Virus record (IMG/VR): IMGVR_UViG_3300047094_000158
Strand: one strand, 5' to 3'
DNA length: 64,000 bases
DNA from: an uncultured virus (IMG/VR IMGVR_UViG_3300047094_000158)
Taxonomy: Duplodnaviria > Heunggongvirae > Uroviricota > Caudoviricetes
Shown here in pieces: positions 1-9,407 of the stretch. Both the position numbers and the translations under genes were made by a program. Position 1 is the first letter of the stretch. Each line of letters starts with the position of its first letter. A model generated the notes under the pieces. That model did not search any database. It was not told the origin of the DNA and saw only the letters and a program-made list of their open reading frames with translations.

Positions 1-2
1 AC

Positions 3-1040
3 ATTGTCTACTCCATAATAATCCCAGTTGGCAGGAATATTTATTGTTGCAATAGTTTTTCCTGTTGGTGCAGTAATTGTTTCTTGATGAACATAGTTTG
101 GGTATTCCTGACTAACATTATGCTGAATACTAAAAGTACTTGTAGTTCCGTCAGTATATGTAACTACGGCATTATGATCACCATTTTTAGCAAAAACCTG
201 GAAACTTGCAGAGGTTGTGTTTGCTGGCATAGTTATAAGAGTATCTGCAGTTGAACCTATAAGTGTTAGAGAAGGATCTTGTCCAGGACCAGGGAATCCG
301 ATTGATCCTATATATACATTATTATTATTTTCAGTAGAAACAGGGGTTCCATTTACTGTGATTCCAATAGATGTATTTAAACGATTACCAGCAAATGTTT
401 CAGTTACTGTTGTTGTGGTAGTTGCACCATTTACTGTTGGTCCTGAACTACCATACTGCTCATCAATTCCATCTGTATCTGTACCAGTATAGACAACATT
501 TCCACCCATGGCTGGCATGTTGTTTGTTCCAGGATTATGATATATTGTTACATTTAATCCAGGAGTTGTGTTAGCCTCAACCACTGCTGTTGCTGATTCT
601 AAAACCAATGTCTTGTCTTCTACTACTGCTGTTTGAGACTCTACCGCTATTTCTGCAATAGCAACATTTTCTTCAGCCTCAGCAACTAAAACGGTAGCAG
701 AATCAACCTGAGCCACAGCCACAGTAGCACTATCTACTACTGTTTGAGCCTGTAATATTGAGTCCTGTGCCTGTGTGATAGTGGCTGTAATGGTCTCTGT
801 AGGGCTTGTAATGGCTGTTGCTTGGATTTCTATGACTGCCGTGGCAGTTTCAGCCTGAGCAATAGCAGCAGTTGCTGACTCTATAGTTTGGGCTACCACG
901 GTGGCAGTATCTAGTATGGGTTGGTTAGTTGTCTCTAGTTGTACAGTCTCTTCAGCATGTGCTTTTTCTGTTGGGGACAGCAAGGTCCACATAAACAATA
1001 ATAATGCTATTAAACTTAACCTAATAAACAACTTTTTAAT
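3..1040 (-). CDS. Secreted protein, partial (runs off window start): signal peptide, Ala/Thr/Val-rich helical stalk, then PA14-like/beta-rich region
   Basis: Not in ORF track; translated by hand: (I/M)KKLFIRLSLIALLLFMWTLLSPTEKAHA|EETVQ...GLNVTIYHNPGTNNMPAMGGNVVYTGTDTDGIDEQYGSSGP..., open to position 3. In-frame TAA just upstream; AAAGGA lies 6 nt before ATT at 1040. Confidence 0.8.
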   Translation of the reverse strand, partial: MKKLFIRLSLIALLLFMWTLLSPTEKAHAEETVQLETTNQPILDTATVVAQTIESATAAIAQAETATAVIEIQATAITSPTETITATITQAQDSILQAQTVVDSATVAVAQVDSATVLVAEAEENVAIAEIAVESQTAVVEDKTLVLESATAVVEANTTPGLNVTIYHNPGTNNMPAMGGNVVYTGTDTDGIDEQYGSSGPTVNGATTTTTVTETFAGNRLNTSIGITVNGTPVSTENNNNVYIGSIGFPGPGQDPSLTLIGSTADTLITMPANTTSASFQVFAKNGDHNAVVTYTDGTTSTFSIQHNVSQEYPNYVHQETITAPTGKTIATINIPANWDYYGVDN

Positions 1041-1079
1041 TTGGGGTCCTTTACGTTAGCCCCCATATCTAACAATACT

Positions 1080-1088
1080 ATTATATCA
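1080..1088 (-). promoter_or_regulatory. Extended -10 promoter TGATATAAT
   Basis: Member of the recurrent TGnTATAAT motif; lies immediately downstream of a terminator and upstream of the secreted-protein gene. Confidence 0.7.
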
Positions 1089-1098
1089 TTTTATGCAA

Positions 1099-1137
1099 TA
1101 AAAAAGAGGGTAGAAATTAATCTACCCTCAATTTTTA
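1099..1137. terminator. Intrinsic terminator, probably bidirectional
   Basis: GAGGGTAGA-aattaa-TCTACCCTC stem (1106-1129) flanked by A and T tracts, just after the stop of 1147..2748. Confidence 0.85.
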
Positions 1138-1146
1138 TAAGGAGTT

Positions 1147-2748
1147 TTAAGCCTTTACCTTCTTCTGAATCTTTAGAACCAAGTTTGTTAATGTAACAAT
1201 CAAGGTGCGTAGAGATGCAATTGTTGCTGTTAAAGCAGCAATTTGTGTAAGTGCAACTGTAGCAGGACTTACCACTGTTGCTGATGCAGATACTTCTACC
1301 TGTCCAGCAGTTGGTAGTAATGATCCACCCTTTGCAGTAACTTTAATATCACCCTCTACTGCTGGCATAAATACTTTGTAAATCTTTACACCGTTAGCGT
1401 CTGTTGTTACAGATGTTGCAGTTAAAGTATCGCTACCTGAACCAAATGCATAATTTGTTGAAATTCCACCATCTGTTAATACGTTTGTATTAGTTTTTCC
1501 AGATAAAGCCAATCCGCTTGCATCAAGAACTGACAATGTGATTGTTGCAGCCTCACCTGGTGCATATGTTGTCTTATCAAAAGCAACCTTTACAGATGAT
1601 GCAGTTCCTTCTACACGAACAGTTACTGTATCAGCAACAATTGTTCCACTTTTTACAACAATTCCAGCCTTACCAGTTGCAACACCAGTAAGTGAGAACA
1701 GTGCTTCACCATTTACGATGGAAGCAGTTGTTGCAGAGTTGCTAACTATAGATAACGCATCTGATGTTGCTGAAAGTGTTCCAGCACCAACCTTTACACC
1801 ACTTGAATCATAGGCAATTGCAGAAATAGCATCAGCATTTGATCCTGTAGAAATTACAGGCTTCTTAACTGTAGTTACTACCTTGGCAATATCACCATAA
1901 AATGTTATTGATTCTGTTCCAAGCACCACACCAGATTGTGTTGTAATTGTAACTGTTCCTACTCCAGATGTACCATCAGCAAATACACCAATGTAGTTGC
2001 CAGCAGCGACTGAAATAGAACGTCCTAGTGCTGAAATTGTTGCGTGGTTTGAACCAGTTCCAATAAGACCAGAACCTGAAACTGTTGCTATCAAAGATTC
2101 TGAAACAGATGTTCCAGCAGCATTCTTTTGTGTTACTACGATTACCGCAGCAGCATCAGAAGATACAGTCTTTGGGGCAAAAACAGTTGCGTCAGCAGTT
2201 GCTGTGATTGTTTCTCCAGAGTTAATAATAGATGTTGAATTTGATGCAGATGCTTTTACATCTGCTGCACTAACTACAACTGACCACAGAACAGCAGAAG
2301 AATTTAATGTTCCTCCACCACCCTTTACAGATGGAGTTAATTTAATAACATAAGTTCCAGCAACCGTTGGGTTTACTAGGCTTACATTTAACTTTGTGGA
2401 TACTGAGGTAAGAGCATTTACGGATGAGGAAACATCAGCCGAATATAAATCTGCTGCTACAACAACTACAGCGCTAGTTGTTTCTTTTACAGACAAAGTT
2501 GCTAATTTAGCAGCCCCTGTTGGAAGACTTACAACTGATGAAGTTACCGTGAGAGTATCTCCAGTATTACCTGCCAAAAAAGACAATGTTGCTACTGCCG
2601 TTGCAGTCTCACCTGTTGAAATAGTGCTTGACACTGTATCAATAGTAAGAGAGTCTGCATTATGCACAGCATTTGCCTGAGTTGCAGTTAAGGTGCTAAT
2701 AGACAAGGCTGCAGCCATGACTAAAGCGATTTTCTTAAATGAATTCAT
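1147..2748 (-). CDS. Secreted surface/S-layer-like protein with Ig-like beta domains and C-terminal coiled coil
   Basis: Sec signal peptide MNSFKKIALVMAAALSISTLTATQANA; Ala/Thr/Ser/Val-rich beta strands; DKTTYAPGE and TDANG Ig-like motifs; heptad tail ALTQIAALTATIASLRTLIVTLTNLVLKIQKKVKA; SD AAGGAG. Confidence 0.7.
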   Translation of the reverse strand: MNSFKKIALVMAAALSISTLTATQANAVHNADSLTIDTVSSTISTGETATAVATLSFLAGNTGDTLTVTSSVVSLPTGAAKLATLSVKETTSAVVVVAADLYSADVSSSVNALTSVSTKLNVSLVNPTVAGTYVIKLTPSVKGGGGTLNSSAVLWSVVVSAADVKASASNSTSIINSGETITATADATVFAPKTVSSDAAAVIVVTQKNAAGTSVSESLIATVSGSGLIGTGSNHATISALGRSISVAAGNYIGVFADGTSGVGTVTITTQSGVVLGTESITFYGDIAKVVTTVKKPVISTGSNADAISAIAYDSSGVKVGAGTLSATSDALSIVSNSATTASIVNGEALFSLTGVATGKAGIVVKSGTIVADTVTVRVEGTASSVKVAFDKTTYAPGEAATITLSVLDASGLALSGKTNTNVLTDGGISTNYAFGSGSDTLTATSVTTDANGVKIYKVFMPAVEGDIKVTAKGGSLLPTAGQVEVSASATVVSPATVALTQIAALTATIASLRTLIVTLTNLVLKIQKKVKA

Positions 2749-2764
2749 TTTTCTCCTTATTAGT

Positions 2765-4549
2765 TTATATTAAGTTTAATTTATCCAGGAAATCCTTAAC
2801 ATCGTTAGGCATTTCCCGATTATCTAATTCTACCATAAGTTGTTGTTTTTCTGCAAGTCTTGTTGCAGAACTCCAAGTGTGGACATCTATCTCTGTATTA
2901 TTAGTCCTTGCTGTATGAGAAATTGCTCCAAATACCGCTCCACAAACCGCATCAGCCAAGTCTTTAGATTTTTTACGTGGATGGTCAACTCTGTTACCTT
3001 TCATTATTCTCAATTCTGACATTTCTTCTAACAGAATTGGGATCATAGGAATAGCAACACGTTCTTCGTAAATCATCATCGCTAAATCTTCATAGTGTTT
3101 TTTAGCAACTGATACAGTTTCTGTTTTAATTCCAACAGCCTGTAATTCATTTTGGATATCAAAAGATTGCCACCTATCAAAAGAAACCATTCCAATATTA
3201 AAACCTTCTCTGCGTAAGTTAATAATCCACTGTTTTACTTCTGATAAATTTACTGGTCCTTCTGCTCTTGGCTCCCACCAGGCCACAGCATCAACAACAA
3301 CAATGGGGGCTACCTGTTCATAATCTTTAATAACCTGAATATTAACCCATTTATCTACGTGAGCAATTGCTACTGCACACTTATCGTGTTTTTGTGCAAG
3401 GTCAGCATGGATGTAATAAATTTTTTCTGGATCTGCTTTAAAAGTTTCATCAAACCTTCTAAAAGAGTCTAGTGGATTTCTTGTGTTCATGCATTTTTCT
3501 AATTTTTCTTTTTGTTTAAAGAATGCATCTGAGGCAAAGGTTGGTACGCAGGCAAAACGCATCATTGCATCACCCAAATCTGTATAAAATGCTAATTTAA
3601 AATCATCTATTTTGCGAGTAGGATTTACTTCCCATGTAGGTCTTTTTAATGCTAATATTTTTGGTACCTTGTAAGAAATAATAGAATCTTCTTCCCAGAT
3701 AATCTCAAATTGATTGCTAACGTCATCATGCGGTAAGTCTTCGTTCATAATAAATGTATGTTTTTTTTCAATTATTTCTTTTTCCATAATAACATCTTCA
3801 TACCTTTTTGAAATAAAGTCACCTTGATAACGAGGGAATGAAAGTAATACTACTTTGCCTAAATCTGGAAAGCGAGAATCAACTGAGCCACGAAACGCTT
3901 TGTAAATATTTTCTGCTGTCTTGCCTTGCTCATTGCCAGTTCCAACTTCAGATGCAAAACCAGAAATTTCATCAAGCACTGCAAGTAATAAGTTTAATCC
4001 CTCATGCGATTCTCTTTCTGAGTGTCCAGAGTAAACTGTAATTGATTTATCAAACTCTATTGAGTCTGCTTTAGCATTATACTTACCAGCAAACCATGGT
4101 GATCTTTCAATCTTACTTTTAAAACCTTTAAAGAAAACATTTTTTGCTTGCTGTGCATTTATTGCAACGTTAATTAAATCTATTGCATCTCCGCTTGGCT
4201 TTCCAAAATATCTAGCGGGATCCTTAAGACACAACAACTTATATACAATATAGGCACAGGCAACCGTAGAGGTAAAGTCTTTACCAGAGCCTTTTCCTAG
4301 TTGTAAAATAATTTCATTTTTAGTATATTTGTCATAATATCTTGCGCCTTCTACTGGGCCATACAATTCTTGCAAGTCTTCTTTTTTATATATTTGACTC
4401 ATTGCTTCTACAATGTCATATTGAATTGATGATAGCGGTGGCTGCCCCAAATAATCAGAAGACTCAACAAATGTCTTTGCATCTACTGGCTGTTCTTCAA
4501 ATTGTTTTTCTTTTAGTACCTCAAAAAAATCATTGAACATCTTGGACAA
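2765..4549 (-). CDS. terL: Terminase large subunit
   Basis: Walker A LGKGSGKD, Walker B LLAVLDE, RNase H-like nuclease motifs HADLAQKHD, FDRWQS, KDLADA. Confidence 0.93.
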   Translation of the reverse strand: MSKMFNDFFEVLKEKQFEEQPVDAKTFVESSDYLGQPPLSSIQYDIVEAMSQIYKKEDLQELYGPVEGARYYDKYTKNEIILQLGKGSGKDFTSTVACAYIVYKLLCLKDPARYFGKPSGDAIDLINVAINAQQAKNVFFKGFKSKIERSPWFAGKYNAKADSIEFDKSITVYSGHSERESHEGLNLLLAVLDEISGFASEVGTGNEQGKTAENIYKAFRGSVDSRFPDLGKVVLLSFPRYQGDFISKRYEDVIMEKEIIEKKHTFIMNEDLPHDDVSNQFEIIWEEDSIISYKVPKILALKRPTWEVNPTRKIDDFKLAFYTDLGDAMMRFACVPTFASDAFFKQKEKLEKCMNTRNPLDSFRRFDETFKADPEKIYYIHADLAQKHDKCAVAIAHVDKWVNIQVIKDYEQVAPIVVVDAVAWWEPRAEGPVNLSEVKQWIINLRREGFNIGMVSFDRWQSFDIQNELQAVGIKTETVSVAKKHYEDLAMMIYEERVAIPMIPILLEEMSELRIMKGNRVDHPRKKSKDLADAVCGAVFGAISHTARTNNTEIDVHTWSSATRLAEKQQLMVELDNREMPNDVKDFLDKLNLI

Positions 4550-5066
4550 TGGTAATCACTTCTCCCTCTTTAGCAATTTCAGAAAGACGGTGCATAATTA
4601 AATCACGAACCTCTGGATGCTCAGAAGCAACGTCTCTAAGAATTCCAATGAGAACTTCTTGTTTACGTTCAATCTGCACCATTTCTTCTGCTAGTTCCTT
4701 GTTTTCAAGAAGTCCAGCCTTTTGTAACATTTCAATTCTAGATTTTTCTATATCCATAACTAATTTAATTGCTTGAGTTTTTGCACTAAGATTATTTGTC
4801 ATTGATGCTTCATCAATAACCTCATAAGATTTTGTAATTAATTTGCTATAGTGTGCATCTGCTCCAGCAAGGGCTTCTTTTGCACGAGCACGTATAGCGT
4901 CATTGGCAGATGCCATAACTTTCCATTCATTAATTAATGCAACAACACGAGTTCTTGGCATATCCAAATCTTTAGAAATTTTTGTAGGATCTTGGCCTTT
5001 AAGATATTCTGCAACAACTTTGTTTACTTCATCAAGATGTTGAATTAATTCTATTTCAGTTGACAT
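4530..5066 (-). CDS. HTH/helical DNA-binding protein, probable terminase small subunit
   Basis: N-terminal HTH (PTKISKDLDMPRTRVVALINEW) plus long helices; overlaps the terL start. Confidence 0.6.
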   Translation of the reverse strand: MSTEIELIQHLDEVNKVVAEYLKGQDPTKISKDLDMPRTRVVALINEWKVMASANDAIRARAKEALAGADAHYSKLITKSYEVIDEASMTNNLSAKTQAIKLVMDIEKSRIEMLQKAGLLENKELAEEMVQIERKQEVLIGILRDVASEHPEVRDLIMHRLSEIAKEGEVITIVQDVQ

Positions 5067-5391
5067 TTTTTTCCTTTGCTATTTTAAGCAATACTAAGTA
5101 TCCAATAAGATCATCTATATCGTTGTCTCCAATATAGTCCGTGCCTTTCATAAGTCTGCTTAATTTATCATCAATTCTTACTCTAAGTTGTTCTACTGGA
5201 TCTGCCTTGCTAAAAATTCTAACAGGATCTAAAGCAGAATCTCCATATGCAATATTTTTATCAATAAGCATCTGTGCAATTCCATGACATGTTGACCAAA
5301 TCTCTTTTCCAGAAGGTGCGCTAATAGAATAAAGATATAAATCCTCACAACTAAAACTTTTTACATCCTTATAAACTGGATTTAGTTTCAT
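5056..5391 (-). CDS. DUF1599 / nucleotide-modification-associated domain protein
   Basis: KNIAYGDS...RVRIDDKLSRL...DLIGYLVL motif pattern. Confidence 0.7.
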   Translation of the reverse strand: MKLNPVYKDVKSFSCEDLYLYSISAPSGKEIWSTCHGIAQMLIDKNIAYGDSALDPVRIFSKADPVEQLRVRIDDKLSRLMKGTDYIGDNDIDDLIGYLVLLKIAKEKNVN

Positions 5392-5543
5392 CGTTTTGAT
5401 TTCCTTAATCCAAATTTAGCAAGGTATACGTAGATTGTTTCTACGCTTGCCCCACACTCTTTGGCAATGTCTTGTGGAGACTTTTTATCCATAAGGTATC
5501 TCTTACGAAGCCAAGTTTCACTTGTATACAGTTTACCAGTCAT
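5388..5543 (-). CDS. Small HTH DNA-binding protein
   Basis: MTGKLYTSETWLRKRYLMDKKSPQDIAKECGASVETIYVYLAKFGL; start moved to ATG 5543 to avoid overlap with the upstream gene. Confidence 0.75.
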   Translation of the reverse strand: MTGKLYTSETWLRKRYLMDKKSPQDIAKECGASVETIYVYLAKFGLRKSKR

Positions 5544-5547
5544 AGTA

Positions 5548-6192
5548 TTATTTGTCAACCTCAGTCTCATTAATTTCATAGTTAAACCTATCACTGTCTT
5601 CTAAGGTCCATTTGTCTTGATTCTCTACGTCCCACTTATAATCATTAATTATTCTATCAATAACATATTCCTTTTTTAAAGTAAAAGAAGGTTCATAAAT
5701 ACGAACTCTATTGTTTGGCTGTATAGCAAAGTTCCCATCGTCTCTTTGTATAACATGACCACATTTATGTTCCGCTGGATTCTCTGAGTACCCGTCATCT
5801 AAAACATTGGAGTCTGGATTGTGCCAGTCAAGTGTAAACAAATATGTCCCCTTATGCATAGTCTTTGTTCTATCAATGTAAGACATTTTAAGATTTGTTA
5901 AGTTTTCAAATTTTGTTACAGATATATGATGACTAAAGGCATTCCATAAAACCAAATTGTGTATGTCTTGTTCTTGTACTCCAGGTTGTGTACAGAATGC
6001 GCTGATTGGCATTCTCCACCACAAACCACCATCTTCCATCATTATGTGGAATAAGGGACTTCTACTTTTAATACTAGCAACACCAAATATAACACATGGA
6101 AAATATTTATCATGACTATCTAATTGATTTCTTAAATAGTTTCCACGCACATAACATTCTATAGGTGGTATGTTTGCATTTAATTCTGGCAT
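5548..6192 (-). CDS. Hypothetical phage protein
   Basis: 214-aa ORF, operon-packed; EHKCGH and QPNNR motifs; function not recognised. Confidence 0.75.
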   Translation of the reverse strand: MPELNANIPPIECYVRGNYLRNQLDSHDKYFPCVIFGVASIKSRSPLFHIMMEDGGLWWRMPISAFCTQPGVQEQDIHNLVLWNAFSHHISVTKFENLTNLKMSYIDRTKTMHKGTYLFTLDWHNPDSNVLDDGYSENPAEHKCGHVIQRDDGNFAIQPNNRVRIYEPSFTLKKEYVIDRIINDYKWDVENQDKWTLEDSDRFNYEINETEVDK

Positions 6193-6195
6193 TTT

Positions 6196-7656
6196 TTAAC
6201 CTATCCCTCTAATAATTTTAATTATTTCTTTATGATTTAAGTATTGTTTAGACTGATCTTGAAAAACCGCTGAATTAATCATTATTTCTGCATTATTTTT
6301 TATATTTTTTGATAAAAATTGATACTCGTTTAAAATTGCATCATTGTCAAACAAATTAAGACCTGCCATGACAACGACAAAGTTTAATGGTAAAAACATA
6401 GCATAAGAAGAATCTTTTCTAAAATCCTCTTTAATTGGAAGTTTTGTTTTCCATTTTTCTAAATTATATTTTAAAGATTCTGGTATGTCTATAGTTAAAA
6501 TATTTTTCCAAAATTCGGTATCATTTCTTTTTGTTAAATAATGTAAAACAATAAAGTCTCTAATATTTTCTGTAATATTTTCAAATGACTCATTATATTC
6601 TTTTATAACTCTTTCGTTATAATTTTGAAGTCTATGCATTAATAAAAAACTTTGTTGAATAGTTAATCCAATTGATGTTGCCTCTAGTGGTTCAAAAAAA
6701 CATCCACTTAATCCCATTGCAACACAATTTTTCGTCCATACAGTTTCTAAAGCCCCTGGATCAAAATTAAAAGTTTTTCCAACTTCTATTTTGTAACCAA
6801 GTTCTTTTTCTACTTCTAACTTTGCTTGATCGGCATTTATAAAATTATTATCATATATGTATCCATTTCCATGTCGTCCCCAAGTTGGTATTTTAAATCT
6901 CCAACCAGAATCCATGGCTTTTGCTAATGTCCAAAAATTATAATTATCTTCGTCAACAGTTGGAAATGTAATTGCAGAGTTCAATTTTAAATATTTATTA
7001 AAAGATTTCCATTTAACATCTAATTTATTCATTAAAACTCGTTTAAATCCTGTTGCATCTATATAAAAATCACTTTTATATTTATTTTTTTCTCCCACTA
7101 CATAATCAATAAATCCATTTTGATCTAATTCAACATATAAAATATTATCATCAAAAACATTGATTCCTTTTTCAATTGCTTTCTTTTTTAAAAAATCATT
7201 TAATTTAAATGTATTAAAATGATATTGATTTGTTACTGGTGTATTATCTATGTTTATTGCTTGAGCAATAACTTTATTTTGTAAAACACTATCTGGATAA
7301 ATGTATTGTAAGCCTTCAGATATTTGTTTTGCGTATACGTGTGAATATTGACCAACTATATTGCTAAATGGTGGACCAACCGTATGCATATATTTTTTAT
7401 TTTTAATCCAGCCATCAAACATAATTCCAATCTTAAATGTTGCATCACATTCTGTAATGATTTCACTACCTTTAATTCCAACAAAATCCATAAACTCTCT
7501 AAAATGTTCTGTTGATCCTTCTCCTACACCAACAATTCCAATATTTGAAGAATATACTAAATTAACCTCTAAAGTGCTACGTTCTTTTAAAATAAGTGCA
7601 GAAATTAAGCCAGCAGTTCCCCCACCAACAACAGTTAAACTTTTCACATGTTTCAT
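6196..7656 (-). CDS. Flavin-dependent halogenase, tryptophan halogenase (PrnA/RebH) family
   Basis: GGGTAG FAD motif, GVGEGS, ATFKIGI (catalytic Lys position), YIDATGF, WRFKIP (WxWxIP variant), FEPLEATSI. Confidence 0.88.
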   Translation of the reverse strand: MKHVKSLTVVGGGTAGLISALILKERSTLEVNLVYSSNIGIVGVGEGSTEHFREFMDFVGIKGSEIITECDATFKIGIMFDGWIKNKKYMHTVGPPFSNIVGQYSHVYAKQISEGLQYIYPDSVLQNKVIAQAINIDNTPVTNQYHFNTFKLNDFLKKKAIEKGINVFDDNILYVELDQNGFIDYVVGEKNKYKSDFYIDATGFKRVLMNKLDVKWKSFNKYLKLNSAITFPTVDEDNYNFWTLAKAMDSGWRFKIPTWGRHGNGYIYDNNFINADQAKLEVEKELGYKIEVGKTFNFDPGALETVWTKNCVAMGLSGCFFEPLEATSIGLTIQQSFLLMHRLQNYNERVIKEYNESFENITENIRDFIVLHYLTKRNDTEFWKNILTIDIPESLKYNLEKWKTKLPIKEDFRKDSSYAMFLPLNFVVVMAGLNLFDNDAILNEYQFLSKNIKNNAEIMINSAVFQDQSKQYLNHKEIIKIIRGIG

Positions 7657-8231
7657 TTATTTTTTACCGTGTTCCACTTGTCCCAATTATTAATAGCCCA
7701 ATGCCCAATACCACAAGCGTCAGCAACGTCATTATCATTAATAACTTTATTATAATTAATTTCAATTAGTTTGATAGTTCTTTCTTTCCTAATTTGTCTT
7801 TCATATGTTTTATACCAAGAGTCTGACTTTCCTGGGTTCTTTGATCTAATTACAACCTGTTCCTCTTTTGTTATTTTTTTATTTCCTAAATAGTTTTGCC
7901 AAGTTATTGGTGCTACAGTTCCTATAACCTTTGTTCCAGTTAGTCCTGCTGCTCCTAATAGCGCACCTTGGACTAAAGCCAAATCCGCAGCAGTTTTAGG
8001 GCTATTCATAAAAACGGTATGCTCAATTACAATTGTTTTAAATCCACCATAATATTCAAAAAATGCTTTTGTCTTAGCACAAGCATCCATAACTTTTTCA
8101 TAATTTGTATTTCCTTCAAACCTAATCTTACCAATACTTTCTAGATTGTTATTATTAAAAATAGCAAAGGCAAGACTATTAGTGCTTGCATCAATAGCAC
8201 AAACTGTTTTTGAATTACCACTGTTGTTCAT
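7653..8231 (-). CDS. ruvC: RuvC-like Holliday junction resolvase
   Basis: AIDASTNSLAFA, IVIEH and DVADA acidic RNase H-fold motifs. Confidence 0.8.
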   Translation of the reverse strand: MNNSGNSKTVCAIDASTNSLAFAIFNNNNLESIGKIRFEGNTNYEKVMDACAKTKAFFEYYGGFKTIVIEHTVFMNSPKTAADLALVQGALLGAAGLTGTKVIGTVAPITWQNYLGNKKITKEEQVVIRSKNPGKSDSWYKTYERQIRKERTIKLIEINYNKVINDNDVADACGIGHWAINNWDKWNTVKNK

Positions 8232-8508
8232 AGTCAATAAATCCTTTTATTTGTTTTAACATTTTATCTACTTCTTTTTTATTTATATTGCAATTAGGAC
8301 AAAATCCAGAGTCATTATATATTGACAGTTGTTCTCCACAGCCACCAAAGCAAAGTCTTTTTTTGCCTATTCTTTTTTGTCTACGAGTTATTTGATACCT
8401 TTCGGCTATCTTTATTTTGGTGGCTCCTTCTCTACAAACATCTCCACAATAAATTTGATAACTTACCTTTGGTGTAAATTGGGTCTCGCACCTTTCACAT
8501 AGTTTCAC
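8215..8508 (-). CDS. Cys-rich zinc-finger protein
   Basis: CERC, CGDVC, CFGGC, CPNC. Confidence 0.75.
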   Translation of the reverse strand: MKLCERCETQFTPKVSYQIYCGDVCREGATKIKIAERYQITRRQKRIGKKRLCFGGCGEQLSIYNDSGFCPNCNINKKEVDKMLKQIKGFIDYEQQW

Positions 8509-8510
8509 AT

Positions 8511-9374
8511 TTATTCATCTTTCTCGTCCTTTAATAATTTCATAGGTTTAATCTTAATTGTTCCGTCTCCTGCTTCAGCACATGCCTTTTGAATAGGACA
8601 CACTTTGCAAATTTTTGAATTTGAACGATAAGGAATTTCTGGTAATTGTTTATCTTGCCAACTCTTGTAAACTACTCTCATCCATTCAAATGTTTCATCT
8701 ACCCAAGTACGATACTGATCATTTACTACAACGGGCAATGTAAGTAGTTCATGATTGTTTTTATTTTCATAAATCATTACACCCTTGCCAATTTTCCAAA
8801 CCTTCATATACATTAGTAATTGCATTAAGTGACCCATTTTAGGTTTTCTACTTAATTTTTTATGTTCAAAGTCGTCGTTTCTTATTGTTTTAATTTCACC
8901 AACAAGTCTTTCACCTTTATAGTCAATCATGACATCTCCATACCCGTCAAAAGGTGGATCATCAGTTTTAACTCTAAACTCCATTGCTGGGTGAGTTTGC
9001 TTGCTATATTTTCTTGGTATTGGATCAAACTCTAAATCTTGTGCAAGTAAACCAGAAGCCTCTATTGCATCTTGTATTCTTCCATGTCCGAGAGTTCCTT
9101 GTGTTCTATTTGCTACGCCAATGGCGTCTGAGTTATCATAAAATATTTGTCCATCAAACCCTAGGTGCCAATATCTTGGACACTCACCTGCGCCATAAGT
9201 CAAACCAGATGCAGAAAAATTATTTTTCTTAGTAAACTTTGGTTTTGTTTTAGTAAGATAGCCAGCATTTATGGCAGTATCTAAACCTTCAACAAGACTT
9301 TCGTCTTCTTCGCTATTTCTTTTTTTCTTTTTGGTATCTTTAATCATAACCTGTTTTAGTAAGTTTTTAGCCAT
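8511..9374 (-). CDS. Cas4-like PD-(D/E)xK exonuclease with Fe-S cysteines
   Basis: ECPRY, GTLGH, GYGD, EIKT, QLLMY, CKVCPIQKAC. Confidence 0.85.
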   Translation of the reverse strand: MAKNLLKQVMIKDTKKKKRNSEEDESLVEGLDTAINAGYLTKTKPKFTKKNNFSASGLTYGAGECPRYWHLGFDGQIFYDNSDAIGVANRTQGTLGHGRIQDAIEASGLLAQDLEFDPIPRKYSKQTHPAMEFRVKTDDPPFDGYGDVMIDYKGERLVGEIKTIRNDDFEHKKLSRKPKMGHLMQLLMYMKVWKIGKGVMIYENKNNHELLTLPVVVNDQYRTWVDETFEWMRVVYKSWQDKQLPEIPYRSNSKICKVCPIQKACAEAGDGTIKIKPMKLLKDEKDE

Positions 9375-9396
9375 ATTTCATCCTTTGTTTATATTA

Positions 9397-9405
9397 ATTA
9401 TAGCA
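9397..9405 (-). promoter_or_regulatory. Extended -10 promoter TGCTATAAT
   Basis: Recurrent motif in the intergenic gap upstream of the Cas4-like gene. Confidence 0.7.
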
Positions 9406-9407
9406 GG

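Noticed and set aside
8511..9374. Cas4-like gene as evidence of a CRISPR-Cas system
   Set aside because: No repeat-spacer array or other cas genes seen; solo Cas4-like exonucleases are common in phage recombination modules
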